This document shows, one piece after another, positions 27,611-36,593 of a stretch of DNA of 64,000 nt; within the stretch, counting starts at the first letter, position 1; each line of letters begins with the position of its first letter. The notes under the pieces are model-generated. The model made no database searches and was not told the origin of the DNA. It saw only the letters and a program-made list of their open reading frames with translations. The stretch comes from a virus. The stretch spans positions 1 to 64,000 of IMG/VR virus record IMGVR_UViG_3300031669_000002; one strand, 5' to 3'. Position numbers and translations under genes: made by a program.

Positions 27611-27951
27611 GCGAATCAACAAATTTATTCGTAGTCATGTGGTGCAATGAAGGACTCGAATGCGTTATTCCTGCAACAAATCCAGACCACGAAGAAATAA
27701 TGGCAATACTAAAAGGCGTAAATCCAGATACATCAGTTGCTCGAACTGTTGGCATGATGATGATGAGAGCAAGATTTAACTCGCACCGCTGTTATGAAAT
27801 TTACGGAGTTGCCGCAGTTGATAGTATCACAAAAGAAGACATTGAGGAAATGTTTGAGAATGCTCCTCAAGAAGCAGCAGAAACGATACGTAGATTAGGA
27901 AATCAAATTTACAGCGATCGTGCAACACCAAGTAGAATCAAAATCACGTAG
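27607..27951 (+). CDS. Hypothetical protein
   Basis: GTGA overlap. Confidence 0.65.
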   Translation: MSESTNLFVVMWCNEGLECVIPATNPDHEEIMAILKGVNPDTSVARTVGMMMMRARFNSHRCYEIYGVAAVDSITKEDIEEMFENAPQEAAETIRRLGNQIYSDRATPSRIKIT

Positions 27952-27988
27952 TTTTTATTAACCAAAGGTAAAAGAAAGAGGTAACAGA

Positions 27989-28495
27989 ATGAAAAAGATT
28001 ATTGTTGTTGGTGCAAGTTTGGGTCTTATGTTTGCAACTGCGGTTTTTGCGGCAGATGTGCCGACACTTACTGTTTTTGGCGGACGTGCAGTTTCAAATT
28101 CAGTGTCGGATCTAAAGTCAAATGCGTGGGGAGTTGAACAAGAAACGCCCACAAAGCTTGGTATGTGGGACTTTGGATATGTCAATGAAGGGCATCAGAA
28201 CGGAGACAAGCGCGACGGCATTTATGCAATGAAAGCGTTTGACTACCAGTTTGCACCCAAAGTGCAGACTTCGTTTGCAGTTGGTCCATATTTCACTGCA
28301 ACAACGATTACTGCGGCAGATGGCAATCACTACCAAGACCATTATCGCTGGGCAGCTCTTGCGAGTGCGCGTGTGAAATACAACGTGACAGAACATTGGT
28401 CAGTGACAGGAAACTGGAGCCACGTTCTTTATCGTGCTGGCAACAAAGATGCAGATCTTTTTCTGATCGGCGTGGGATATAGTCCAAGCAACTAA
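27989..28495 (+). CDS. Secreted outer-membrane beta-barrel-like protein
   Basis: Signal peptide ending AVFA|A; amphipathic beta strands; C-terminal DLFLIGVGY strand. Confidence 0.7.
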   Translation: MKKIIVVGASLGLMFATAVFAADVPTLTVFGGRAVSNSVSDLKSNAWGVEQETPTKLGMWDFGYVNEGHQNGDKRDGIYAMKAFDYQFAPKVQTSFAVGPYFTATTITAADGNHYQDHYRWAALASARVKYNVTEHWSVTGNWSHVLYRAGNKDADLFLIGVGYSPSN

Positions 28496-28496
28496 C

Positions 28497-28682
28497 ATGT
28501 GGATTGTTTTTAACAAACACAGCCTTGAAGTAATACAAGACTTTACTTACAAGTCTGACGCAGATCGATATATAAAGTGGGCAGTTGATGCTAAAATCTT
28601 TGTTAAAGAAAATATAGATTTAGAGGAAGCATCGTGCAAAAAGTCGTGGAAAATGTGGAAAGTATTGCAGAAACAACAATGA
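28497..28682 (+). CDS. Hypothetical protein
   Basis: ORF. Confidence 0.5.
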   Translation: MWIVFNKHSLEVIQDFTYKSDADRYIKWAVDAKIFVKENIDLEEASCKKSWKMWKVLQKQQ

Positions 28683-28909
28683 CTATCGCGAATAATACAA
28701 AGCTCTCTAAGTCGTGGGTTATATACAATAAGCAGACAATGTATATTTGCGGTAGGTTTTTTCTTAAGCAAGATGCCGAGAAGAAACTTCGTAAAATATT
28801 TCGCGCTAATCCATGGAACAAACGAATTCTTGCTCTTAGCAAGATAGACGCCATGACTGAGCCCGAGTGGAAAACATGGACACTATTACTAAAAGGAACA
28901 AATGAGTAG
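28679..28909 (+). CDS. Hypothetical protein
   Basis: ATGA overlap. Confidence 0.5.
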   Translation: MTIANNTKLSKSWVIYNKQTMYICGRFFLKQDAEKKLRKIFRANPWNKRILALSKIDAMTEPEWKTWTLLLKGTNE

Positions 28910-29621
28910 AAAATATTGGTTTACGAGTGATCAGCATTATTCGCACAAAAATGTTATTAAGTTTTGCAAACGCCCGTTCATGCAGTTTCTCGACGAGCGT
29001 AGCAGAAAAATTGTCGACGAGTGTTGGGCAAGGGAGGTCACATCAATTGCCGCGATGGCGCTTGAACTAAAGCTTCCTGAGCCCGTAGTTGAATCGATGA
29101 AGCACACCGCAATCGACTTGATGAAAGAGAAAATGAATGAGGAGATGATTGCTCGCTACAATGCAGTCGTCGACCCAAATGACGTAGTGTATTTTCTCGG
29201 CGATGTTGCATTTGAGAAAGACCGCACAAAGCTGGAGAATATCTTACGTCGGCTTAATGGCGAAAAACATATCATCTGGGGAAACCACGATAATATTTTG
29301 AAGTCAATAAAGTGGCGCGATTATTTCAAGACCGCATCTGACTTGCGAATGATTACTGTTCCGGCAGAATCAAATAACGGCCGAGCACAAGATATCGTGT
29401 TGTGTCACTACGCTCTTCTTACTTGGGAGAAAAGTCACTACGGAACATGGATGTTGCATGGCCACAGCCATAACACATTGCCAGATGACCCGCACTCAAG
29501 AAGGATTGATGTAGGAGTTGATGGGTGGGATCTTGCTCCAGTGTCAATGGAACAACTAAATGAAAGGATGAAGAAAAAACTCTGGACCCCGATTGATCAC
29601 CATAAAGGCAGAGCAACTTAA
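28902..29621 (+). CDS. Calcineurin-like metallophosphoesterase
   Basis: SDQH, LGD, GNHD, HY, HGHSH motifs. Confidence 0.92.
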   Translation: MSRKYWFTSDQHYSHKNVIKFCKRPFMQFLDERSRKIVDECWAREVTSIAAMALELKLPEPVVESMKHTAIDLMKEKMNEEMIARYNAVVDPNDVVYFLGDVAFEKDRTKLENILRRLNGEKHIIWGNHDNILKSIKWRDYFKTASDLRMITVPAESNNGRAQDIVLCHYALLTWEKSHYGTWMLHGHSHNTLPDDPHSRRIDVGVDGWDLAPVSMEQLNERMKKKLWTPIDHHKGRAT

Positions 29622-29630
29622 CCGAATTGC

Positions 29631-29659
29631 TTGACTTTTAGTAGAGACGAGCGTATTAT
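29631..29659 (+). promoter_or_regulatory. sigma70 promoter driving RNA element 1
   Basis: TTGACT-17-TATTAT; predicted +1 at about 29666, immediately before the AGGATAG stem. Confidence 0.75.
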
Positions 29660-29667
29660 TAACACTT

Positions 29668-29878
29668 AGGATAGGTACAGCAACTTAAATTGATCGATGT
29701 CGCAGACGGCGGGGTAATTCCGTGCAGTATGCTTAAGGAGCGGCTATTCCAAGTTAGAAAAACTTGGCGGGGCAGAATCGTAAAATCTGATAGTGCGTAG
29801 GCGACAACCACGCTATGGCAGCGAGCGTGGTGAAAGCTGCAAGAATCAAAAATTAAAACACAGGCTCAAACTATCCTG
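29668..29878 (+). ncRNA. Structured RNA element 1 (closing stem + GUACAGCAA)
   Basis: AGGAUAG..CUAUCCU closing stem; internal CCAAGUU/AACUUGG, CCACGCU/AGCGUGG, UGUCGC/GCGACA. Confidence 0.7.
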
Positions 29879-29900
29879 TTAAATTCACAGAAAGAATACG

Positions 29901-30179
29901 ATGAAAAGATTTTTCACAATTATCTTTAAGATGCTCATACTTGGTCCGCTAAGGTTGGTTGCGTTATTCATAATGATATTGCCAATTTTATTGCTTACTT
30001 TGGCAGGTGAAGAACAACACCGTGCTAAACAGTCGGCGGCAAAGAAAGGCCAATCTGCATGGAATAAAAATATCCCAAGAACAAATGAATCAAGAGAAAA
30101 ACAATCGATCACAAATAAGGGGAAACCGTGGTCACCTGCAAGAAGAAATGCTCAACTTGCGCGACAAAATAAAATTTAA
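29901..30179 (+). CDS. Hypothetical protein (hydrophobic N-terminus, NUMOD3-like C-terminus)
   Basis: SAAKKG.SAWNK..KQS..NKGKPWS resembles the DNA-binding repeats of homing endonucleases. Confidence 0.45.
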   Translation: MKRFFTIIFKMLILGPLRLVALFIMILPILLLTLAGEEQHRAKQSAAKKGQSAWNKNIPRTNESREKQSITNKGKPWSPARRNAQLARQNKI

Positions 30180-30189
30180 GGAGAGTAAA

Positions 30190-30549
30190 ATGCAAAATGT
30201 TAAAGTTAGAAAATCAGATCTGATGACAGTGGTTGAATCAAATCGCGAGAAACACATTACAGAATTCAATTCAGCTAAAAAGATTTTCATAGAAGATGCA
30301 ATTGAAAAGCTTCAAGATATGCTGACAACAGCACAAAAGAATGGTCGAATCATCCAGAATCTCGGACTAACAGAACCAATATCGTATGTTCAGGAATATG
30401 ACACGGCAATCAAAATGCTTCAAATGAGCACCGAAGATGTTATTGAGTTGACACAGCAAGAATTTCAGCAGTACGTTGAAGACCAATGGTCATGGAAGCG
30501 CAATTTCGTTGCCAGCACTTCGATCTACAATAACAAACTGGGAATGTAA
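30190..30549 (+). CDS. Hypothetical helical protein
   Basis: AAGGAG RBS before ATG at 30190. Confidence 0.7.
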   Translation: MQNVKVRKSDLMTVVESNREKHITEFNSAKKIFIEDAIEKLQDMLTTAQKNGRIIQNLGLTEPISYVQEYDTAIKMLQMSTEDVIELTQQEFQQYVEDQWSWKRNFVASTSIYNNKLGM

Positions 30550-30551
30550 TT

Positions 30552-30761
30552 TTGCGTAACGATCTACAATTAAGAAATCGTAAAGGTAGAAATGCTGGCG
30601 GAAGCTACAAACATCTCTATACGATGGCTTGTCTACAGCACAAGAAAGAACATTTCATGTCGCATCGAGAAATGAGACGATATTGGAATGAACCTCATGC
30701 CAGGATTTATGGGCCGCTTAGTCTAATGAGTAGATGGTTATACACAAATCGGTTAAAATAG
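30552..30761 (+). CDS. Small basic hypothetical protein
   Basis: TTG-start ORF. Confidence 0.45.
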   Translation: MRNDLQLRNRKGRNAGGSYKHLYTMACLQHKKEHFMSHREMRRYWNEPHARIYGPLSLMSRWLYTNRLK

Positions 30762-30764
30762 TTC

Positions 30765-30793
30765 TTGCATAATTCGAATAAAGAATGTACTAT
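30765..30793 (+). promoter_or_regulatory. sigma70-like promoter
   Basis: TTGCAT-17-TACTAT with extended TG. Confidence 0.55.
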
Positions 30794-30955
30794 AGTAATT
30801 CATGTTAAGTATGTTTTCGAGAGAAGAGATGATTTAACAAACTGTCACAAAGCTGGATGACTCATACTAATAAATCAGAGCGCGTGAGAGACGAAAAAAT
30901 ATGATTAATAGAATGTAAATAATAGAAATTTAATAGAGTAATATTATAAAGGATT

Positions 30956-31103
30956 GGGATAGGTACAGCAAAAATTATACATGCGACGAAGTGGCGAAAC
31001 ATATTGCGTGGAGGTGCTTGCACCGTTGAAGCGTGGTATGAAGTAGGCTATTTCAAACTCGGGGGAGGTATCGAGGATAAACAATGCGATCACAACTATC
31101 CCG
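30956..31103 (+). ncRNA. Structured RNA element 2
   Basis: GGGAUAG-GUACAGCAA..CAA-CUAUCCC-G; internal GGUG-CUUG-CACC, UUGAA/UUCAA, CUCG/CGAG. Confidence 0.7.
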
Positions 31104-31113
31104 TTGAAACAAA

Positions 31114-31293
31114 ATGCACAAAAAACAAAAAAGATCATCATACGCAGAATTTATCAGAGCATCTGATGATTTCAAAAGAACAATCAAAAAAGAAAGCAAG
31201 CACATTTTAGATCAGATGACCGTCTTGGGAGACGAACTGAAAAAAATGAGTGAGCACCTCGAACACGAAAAACACGATTCAAAAAAAGAATAA
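31114..31293 (+). CDS. Small charged protein between elements 2 and 3 (59 aa, below the track cutoff)
   Basis: MHKKQKRSSYAEFIRASDDFKRTIKKESKHILDQMTVLGDELKKMSEHLEHEKHDSKKE. Confidence 0.45.
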   Translation: MHKKQKRSSYAEFIRASDDFKRTIKKESKHILDQMTVLGDELKKMSEHLEHEKHDSKKE

Positions 31294-31298
31294 GATTT

Positions 31299-31410
31299 AG
31301 AATAGGTTCAGCAAACAATTGAGCGCGAAAGCGCAACTGGTGCCGAAACCTTAAGTGGCTAGGCAAACTTGGACGGGGTAACAAGCAAAAACAATCCCAC
31401 AACTATTCTG
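31299..31410 (+). ncRNA. Structured RNA element 3
   Basis: AGAAUAG-GUUCAGCAA..CAA-CUAUUCU-G; GCGC-GAAA-GCGC tetraloop; ends 20 nt before the TROVE-like ATG. Confidence 0.7.
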
Positions 31411-31429
31411 CTAACTAAAGGAAAAATTA

Positions 31430-32836
31430 ATGACAACGTCAAACACTTTTGCAACTGCCGCAACAAAGACAACTTCTCTTGCTCGTACAGAAAACGGAAT
31501 GAAAACGTTTGCGGCGAGCTTAAATGCAAACGTTGATCTGTTCTTCAACATTGGCGCATCGAGAGGTAAAGATGTGACTCCGTTGTTTGAACGTGCGTAT
31601 CAGGAAGATCGTGTTCTCGCCTTGCGTATCGCTGCTTGGGCGAGAGATGTTCGCGGTGGTGCAGGTGAGCGCCAGGTGTTTCGTGATGTGTTGAAGTTTG
31701 TTGAAAAGAATCACGCAAAAGAATTGCCAATGTTCATCAATGTTGGTCCCGCGTTCGGTCGTTGGGATGACATTCTTGTTCTGGAAACAGAAATGGGGAA
31801 GAAGCTTGCATTTGACTTGATCAAAGAAGCATTGCTTGTTACGCATGACGGGCTTTGTTCAAAATGGATGCCTCGTAAGGGAAGGATCGCCGCAGAATTG
31901 CGCGAACATCTGGGCCTTACTCCAAAAGGATATCGCAAGACTTTGGTGACATTGTCCAAGACAGTTGAGCAGCAAATGTGCGCTCAGGATTGGTCCAACA
32001 TCAACTACAGTCACGTTCCGTCTGTTGCTGCTGGCCGTTATCAGAAAGCATTTGGTCGTCACGATCAGATTGGATATTCTGCATACAAAACAAAGCTGGT
32101 GACTGGTGAAGCAAAGATTAACGCATCTGCTGTTTATCCGTACAATGTTCTTCAGTCAGTTAAGAATGGAGACCAGATTGTCGCGAAAGCACAGTGGGAA
32201 GCATTGCCAAACTACATCGGCGATGCACTTGTATTGCCAATGTGCGATGTTTCGGGAAGTATGAACCAGCCAGTTGGCGGAAATAAAAATCTAAGTTGTA
32301 TGGATGTTTGTATCTCTCTTGGTTTGTACTTGGCAGACAAGAACACTGGACCGTTCAAGGATTGTTTCTTGACATTCAGCACTCACAGCAAGATTGAAGT
32401 TTTGCGTGGTGACATTTTGTCTAAATACAATCAATTGTATCGCGCTCAGTGGGATATGAGCACAAACCTTCACGGCGCATTTGAAGAAGTTCTGCGTGTT
32501 GGTAAAGCAAACAAAGTTGCCGACGCCGATATGCCAAAATATATTCTGATTATGTCAGATATGCAGTTCAATGCCTGCACTCGCAACGATGATTCTGCAA
32601 TGGAAATGATTCGTCGCAAATATGAAGACTCTGGTTTCACACTTCCGAAGATTATCTTCTGGAACCTGAATGCACATATGGGTCAGAGCCCAGTAACGTT
32701 TGATGAAAAGGGAACGGCGTTGATTTCTGGTTTCAGCCCTGCAATCATGCAGTCAGTGTTGAAGGCAGATGCGTTCAGCCCGTTAGACATTATGCTTGCG
32801 ACCATCAACGTTCCACGCTATGAAGTAATTGTCTGA
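31430..32836 (+). CDS. TROVE/Ro-like helical domain plus vWA protein (DUF2828-type)
   Basis: DLFF.IGA.RG, ARDVRGGAGER, GRWDD, KWMPR, VPSVA; vWA MIDAS DVSGSM, SDMQF, IIFWNL, GFSP. Confidence 0.8.
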   Translation: MTTSNTFATAATKTTSLARTENGMKTFAASLNANVDLFFNIGASRGKDVTPLFERAYQEDRVLALRIAAWARDVRGGAGERQVFRDVLKFVEKNHAKELPMFINVGPAFGRWDDILVLETEMGKKLAFDLIKEALLVTHDGLCSKWMPRKGRIAAELREHLGLTPKGYRKTLVTLSKTVEQQMCAQDWSNINYSHVPSVAAGRYQKAFGRHDQIGYSAYKTKLVTGEAKINASAVYPYNVLQSVKNGDQIVAKAQWEALPNYIGDALVLPMCDVSGSMNQPVGGNKNLSCMDVCISLGLYLADKNTGPFKDCFLTFSTHSKIEVLRGDILSKYNQLYRAQWDMSTNLHGAFEEVLRVGKANKVADADMPKYILIMSDMQFNACTRNDDSAMEMIRRKYEDSGFTLPKIIFWNLNAHMGQSPVTFDEKGTALISGFSPAIMQSVLKADAFSPLDIMLATINVPRYEVIV

Positions 32837-32985
32837 AATGACAGAAAAAGTAAAACATAGTAAGGGTCTTATAGCAGTATCAATCATAATTTCCACGCTG
32901 GCATTCGTATTTTTACCAGCGTGGATTGCTTGGTTACTGTTAGTTGCTCTTATTTTGTCTTATTATTTAACGATTTACGAGATTT

Positions 32986-33378
32986 TTGGACCGTTTGGTC
33001 CGCCGTAAATTACCTCACCCTCATATAAACGCACAGTGCGATAAGATTTCATTGTACGCCCGAAGTGTTTCAACTTTGCGTGATATAGGAATGCCGTTAT
33101 CAGATATCGATGCACGATCTGCACGTTTAACTGACATGCCGTATCTTGCAATCAATGCAGACGCATATAATCTCAAAACAAAAAATCCATCTGATGCATA
33201 TATCGTTTTTTATCAGATGTGTCAGTCTGTTGGGTATGATCTCATGATTGAGACATTTGAAAAAGAAGAATATGCGCGTTCAGGCGTGGAGCCAAGAAAA
33301 ACTGTACCAACTCTGATTATGTCAACATCGCTAACATTCCCAAAGCATCATAAGAAACATACAGTTAAACAGCATTAA
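32986..33378 (+). CDS. Hypothetical protein
   Basis: TTG-start ORF; start uncertain. Confidence 0.45.
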   Translation: MDRLVRRKLPHPHINAQCDKISLYARSVSTLRDIGMPLSDIDARSARLTDMPYLAINADAYNLKTKNPSDAYIVFYQMCQSVGYDLMIETFEKEEYARSGVEPRKTVPTLIMSTSLTFPKHHKKHTVKQH

Positions 33379-33384
33379 ATCTTC

Positions 33385-33412
33385 TTGATATTCCGGTAAA
33401 AGAGTGTATAAT
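33385..33412 (+). promoter_or_regulatory. sigma70 promoter (16-bp spacer, TG-extended)
   Basis: TTGATA-ttccggtaaaagagtg-TATAAT. Confidence 0.75.
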
Positions 33413-33443
33413 AGTCCTATAAGTTAATAATCGGAGTTTACAA

Positions 33444-33674
33444 ATGGACATCAACACTCTTCGCACAATGTTTCCCAAGACACGCAAGAATGCCGCAATT
33501 ACTGGAAACATCCCAGTGGCGTATTTCGAAGAAAACGAAAAAGAAATTCGTAAAGTCATTCGCGCAGAAGGATACAGAGTCATGTATCGCGGTCCTCGCG
33601 TAAGCAACAAACAATCTTCATTCTCAATGACTTGTCGTTGTGATGCAACGTCGGTCTTGCTGTATCGTAAATAA
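33444..33674 (+). CDS. Hypothetical basic protein
   Basis: GGAG RBS after the promoter. Confidence 0.65.
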   Translation: MDINTLRTMFPKTRKNAAITGNIPVAYFEENEKEIRKVIRAEGYRVMYRGPRVSNKQSSFSMTCRCDATSVLLYRK

Positions 33675-33675
33675 T

Positions 33676-33873
33676 ATGGGAACAAACGGTCCAAAATATG
33701 ATGTAAAGGCTGACCTGGCAAAGAAATCTGTCTCTCAGTTGCAGAAAGAACTGTCTCGATTTGAAACTGGTTTATCAACCAACAGGCATCGTGGGCAGGT
33801 TGACTTTTACGTGAAGCACATTGCGCGGCTCAAACTTGAAATCGCAGAACGAATAGGAAAGAAACATTCTTAA
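33676..33873 (+). CDS. Hypothetical protein
   Basis: ORF. Confidence 0.55.
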   Translation: MGTNGPKYDVKADLAKKSVSQLQKELSRFETGLSTNRHRGQVDFYVKHIARLKLEIAERIGKKHS

Positions 33874-33887
33874 TAAAGGAAAAACAC

Positions 33888-34091
33888 ATGGACCAAAATG
33901 AAAAACAACTTAGGAAGTTTCTTTTGCAATCACTGCGTGACAGCGGAGAACTAAATGACATGCCAGAAGAATTGCTCGAAGATCTGGTAGATCAAATAAT
34001 TGAAAGCGGCGCGATCAGCGTGGAAACGCCAGAACAAATAGCTCAACGCGAAACTGATGCACTGTTCGAGAGGTTAGGAGTAGGCAAATGA
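33888..34091 (+). CDS. Hypothetical protein
   Basis: AAGGA RBS. Confidence 0.6.
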   Translation: MDQNEKQLRKFLLQSLRDSGELNDMPEELLEDLVDQIIESGAISVETPEQIAQRETDALFERLGVGK

Positions 34092-34375
34092 AAATCATAG
34101 CAAAGACCGACGGCGGATACTTGCTTGATGTGGGCAATCGAGAACTCGCAAACTTGTTGGGGTTTACCTACGAGCATCAAATTCCAAAAGATGTAGCTAT
34201 CGGATCTACGTTAGACATTGTTAAGGCATCGGATGCAGCACAGTTTCTTCGATCACTTGATCTAGAAAAAATAAAACGAATCAAAGAGCAATTTATTTCG
34301 ATTTCCGAGCAGTTCGACGAAATGTCTGATGTTGTTCAAAGTTTGACATTGCTCGACACAATAAAGAACGTATAA
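34088..34375 (+). CDS. Hypothetical protein
   Basis: ATGA overlap. Confidence 0.6.
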   Translation: MKIIAKTDGGYLLDVGNRELANLLGFTYEHQIPKDVAIGSTLDIVKASDAAQFLRSLDLEKIKRIKEQFISISEQFDEMSDVVQSLTLLDTIKNV

Positions 34376-34608
34376 TGCCTACATATAATTGCTTTGGCGA
34401 AAAATATTCTGGCAATAGCTGGCTTGATTTTTATTACAGTGCAGATGCCAAACTGATTCAATCTCTTCGAGAAACACACTTGTCTGAGGGCGGTGATCCA
34501 ATAGATTTTCCAAAATATTTAGAAGAAGCAGGCGTTAAAGCTATCGGCCCGTATATTGTGGTGGATGATGAGTTCGCATTAATGGCGAAATTAAAATTTA
34601 CAAAATAA
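34375..34608 (+). CDS. Hypothetical protein
   Basis: TAATG coupling. Confidence 0.55.
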   Translation: MPTYNCFGEKYSGNSWLDFYYSADAKLIQSLRETHLSEGGDPIDFPKYLEEAGVKAIGPYIVVDDEFALMAKLKFTK

Positions 34609-34624
34609 ACGGTTGAAAGAGTAG

Positions 34625-34652
34625 TTGATTTTGTAGTAAAAGTATGTAATAA
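34625..34652 (+). promoter_or_regulatory. sigma70-like promoter of the pspA operon
   Basis: TTGATT-16-TAATAA with TG extension. Confidence 0.55.
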
Positions 34653-34699
34653 TAGGTCTTGTAGTATGTCTAAACAATAATTTATCTAAGGAGAAGTAT

Positions 34700-35371
34700 A
34701 TGTCATCGAAATTTTTTCACACTTTGATTCAACAGGTTACTGGTCGTGCAAATGACGCACTTGACGCCGCATCAAGTAGTTCGGTGGCAGTTCGCCAATC
34801 CGTTCGCGACATGCAAGCAGACATTGAAAAGGCCACTGCCGCAGTTGCTGATGTCAATGCACAAAAAACACTCATCGCAAATCGCATTACAGATGCAAAA
34901 ACCGCCGCTGCTGACTGGGGCAATCGCGCTCAACGTGCGGTTACACTCGGCGACGACTCACTTGCTTCGGCCGCACTGGAACAGCAAGTAGCCGAAGAAG
35001 CCCGTATCAAAAAATATCAAGCTCAACTCGACGAGCTTACACCTCAAGCTGACAAGCTTAATCAACTGCTCGCAGATCGTAAAGAGCAACTCGAAAACGC
35101 AAAGATCGAAAGCGACGTAGTTCAAGCCAATGATGTGGTTGCTGATGCAACTATGTCCGCAGCAAAAGCACTTAGCTCCGTCGGCAGTGTTGGTTCCTTC
35201 CAGGGCGCCAAAGATGCAGTCGCCAAAAAATCAGCGCAAGCAAATGCACTGCTTGAATTGAACGAAGATCCAGCAGCCGCAACAGATCGCAAGTTGCGCG
35301 AAATGGAAACAAATGGCAATGTTGCCGACCGCCTTGCAGCACTGAAGGCCGGAATGAAAACTCCTGCTTAA
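34700..35371 (+). CDS. pspA: PspA/IM30 (ESCRT-III-like) family protein
   Basis: 223-aa all-helical coiled coil; ..LDA....VRQ..RDM, W..RA..AV..GDD.LA..AL, C-terminal V.DRLAALK. Confidence 0.85.
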   Translation: MSSKFFHTLIQQVTGRANDALDAASSSSVAVRQSVRDMQADIEKATAAVADVNAQKTLIANRITDAKTAAADWGNRAQRAVTLGDDSLASAALEQQVAEEARIKKYQAQLDELTPQADKLNQLLADRKEQLENAKIESDVVQANDVVADATMSAAKALSSVGSVGSFQGAKDAVAKKSAQANALLELNEDPAAATDRKLREMETNGNVADRLAALKAGMKTPA

Positions 35372-35398
35372 TCAGCAGACTTCACAAAAGGAAAAAAC

Positions 35399-36571
35399 AT
35401 GAAATATATTAAGATTCTTCTGTTGTCTCTTATGCTGTTTTCTGCAAATGCGTTCGCACTCAGTTCGCCTTCGCAAATTGCAGCAATGATGGACTCGGGT
35501 AATTTGCGCGGGGCGGAAAGCGCACTGAACGATGTTCTCCATGCAGGAAAGAATACTGCTAAAGTTCATTACATGCTGGCGCAAGTTTATCTCAAAGAAG
35601 GTCGTTTGCCAAACGCTCGATCTGAACTTGCTCGCGCAAATCAAATGGATCCAGAGCATTCCTATACCGACAACGCACATTACCGACCAATTGCTGATGC
35701 GATTGCAGGGCGCGTGGTTAATACTTCTGGAGGCCCCACAACTATTATCAACAAATCGTCTGATAACTCTTTCTTGAAAGTGCTCGCCGGTATTCTGTTG
35801 CTTGGATTGCTTGGTTGGGGAATTGTTGCGACAATCATGTTTTATCGCAATAAGAAGCGGGCGGCGGCAGAACTAAGTGAGGCCGACACAGATCTTCGTT
35901 CGAGTGCGGCGCAGTTAGTCCAGGATATTCAGAAAGCAATTTTGTCTGAAAAGACTTCAGTAAATCCGTCTGTCGAAAAAATGACTGCTATCAATGCAGT
36001 GAATTTCAGGGCATTGAATGTTTATGACCGTGCCAAGAGTCTTACATCAACTGACATTAGGGATTTCAATCGCATGTCAAATGAAGTAGCCGATATTCGC
36101 CAAGCTCTTAATGAAGTGCTCGACGCTGATTATAGCGGTGTGGCATCGACTGTGAAAGTCACAAAGACTCGTAAATCAACTGTCGCCGTCGAAGATTTGA
36201 CACCGGCTCCGGCATCAGGAGCAGCATTTCCCCCAGCAAGTGCGGCACCAGTAATTACGCAAGCGGCACCGCAACCACAAACAGTAATCGTCAATAACAA
36301 CGGCGGAATGACAATGACCGATGTTCTTGTGGCCGACATGCTGCTCCTGATGCCGGAACCAGAAGTAGTCACGCCAGATAGCGGCAACAATGATTCGTGG
36401 TTTTCTCCTGACACTGATAGCGGAAACAACGACAGCTTCTCGTCCTCAAGTAGCGACAGCGGCAACAACGATGATTGGTCGTCTTCGAGCAGCGACGACA
36501 GCAGTTCGTCGTCAAGTGATTGGAGTTCGTCAGATAGCAGCTCTGACAGCGGATCAGACGATAGCTGGTAA
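35399..36571 (+). CDS. Signal peptide + TPR + TM + cytoplasmic helical domain + Ser/Asp-rich tail protein
   Basis: ANAFA| signal peptide; AKVHYMLAQVY..G..AR.EL..A..MDP TPR; TM VLAGILLLGLLGWGIVATIMFY; three DSGNND repeats. Confidence 0.75.
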   Translation: MKYIKILLLSLMLFSANAFALSSPSQIAAMMDSGNLRGAESALNDVLHAGKNTAKVHYMLAQVYLKEGRLPNARSELARANQMDPEHSYTDNAHYRPIADAIAGRVVNTSGGPTTIINKSSDNSFLKVLAGILLLGLLGWGIVATIMFYRNKKRAAAELSEADTDLRSSAAQLVQDIQKAILSEKTSVNPSVEKMTAINAVNFRALNVYDRAKSLTSTDIRDFNRMSNEVADIRQALNEVLDADYSGVASTVKVTKTRKSTVAVEDLTPAPASGAAFPPASAAPVITQAAPQPQTVIVNNNGGMTMTDVLVADMLLLMPEPEVVTPDSGNNDSWFSPDTDSGNNDSFSSSSSDSGNNDDWSSSSSDDSSSSSSDWSSSDSSSDSGSDDSW

Positions 36572-36593
36572 TATATCAGAAGTAACTTATTGA

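Noticed and set aside
29668-31410. RNA elements as tRNAs or tmRNA
   Set aside because: No cloverleaf, T-loop GTTCRA or CCA end is seen; no tRNA gene was found anywhere in the window.
32892-32925. 10-bp inverted repeat after the TROVE-like gene resembling a stem in element 1
   Set aside because: It lacks the closing stem and CAGCAA motif, has no U-tract, and lies in a plausible 56-aa membrane ORF; the similarity may be chance.
36376-36475. Three GA(T/C)AGCGG(C/A)AACAA repeats
   Set aside because: They are in-frame DSGNND repeats in a low-complexity tail, not a DNA-level element.
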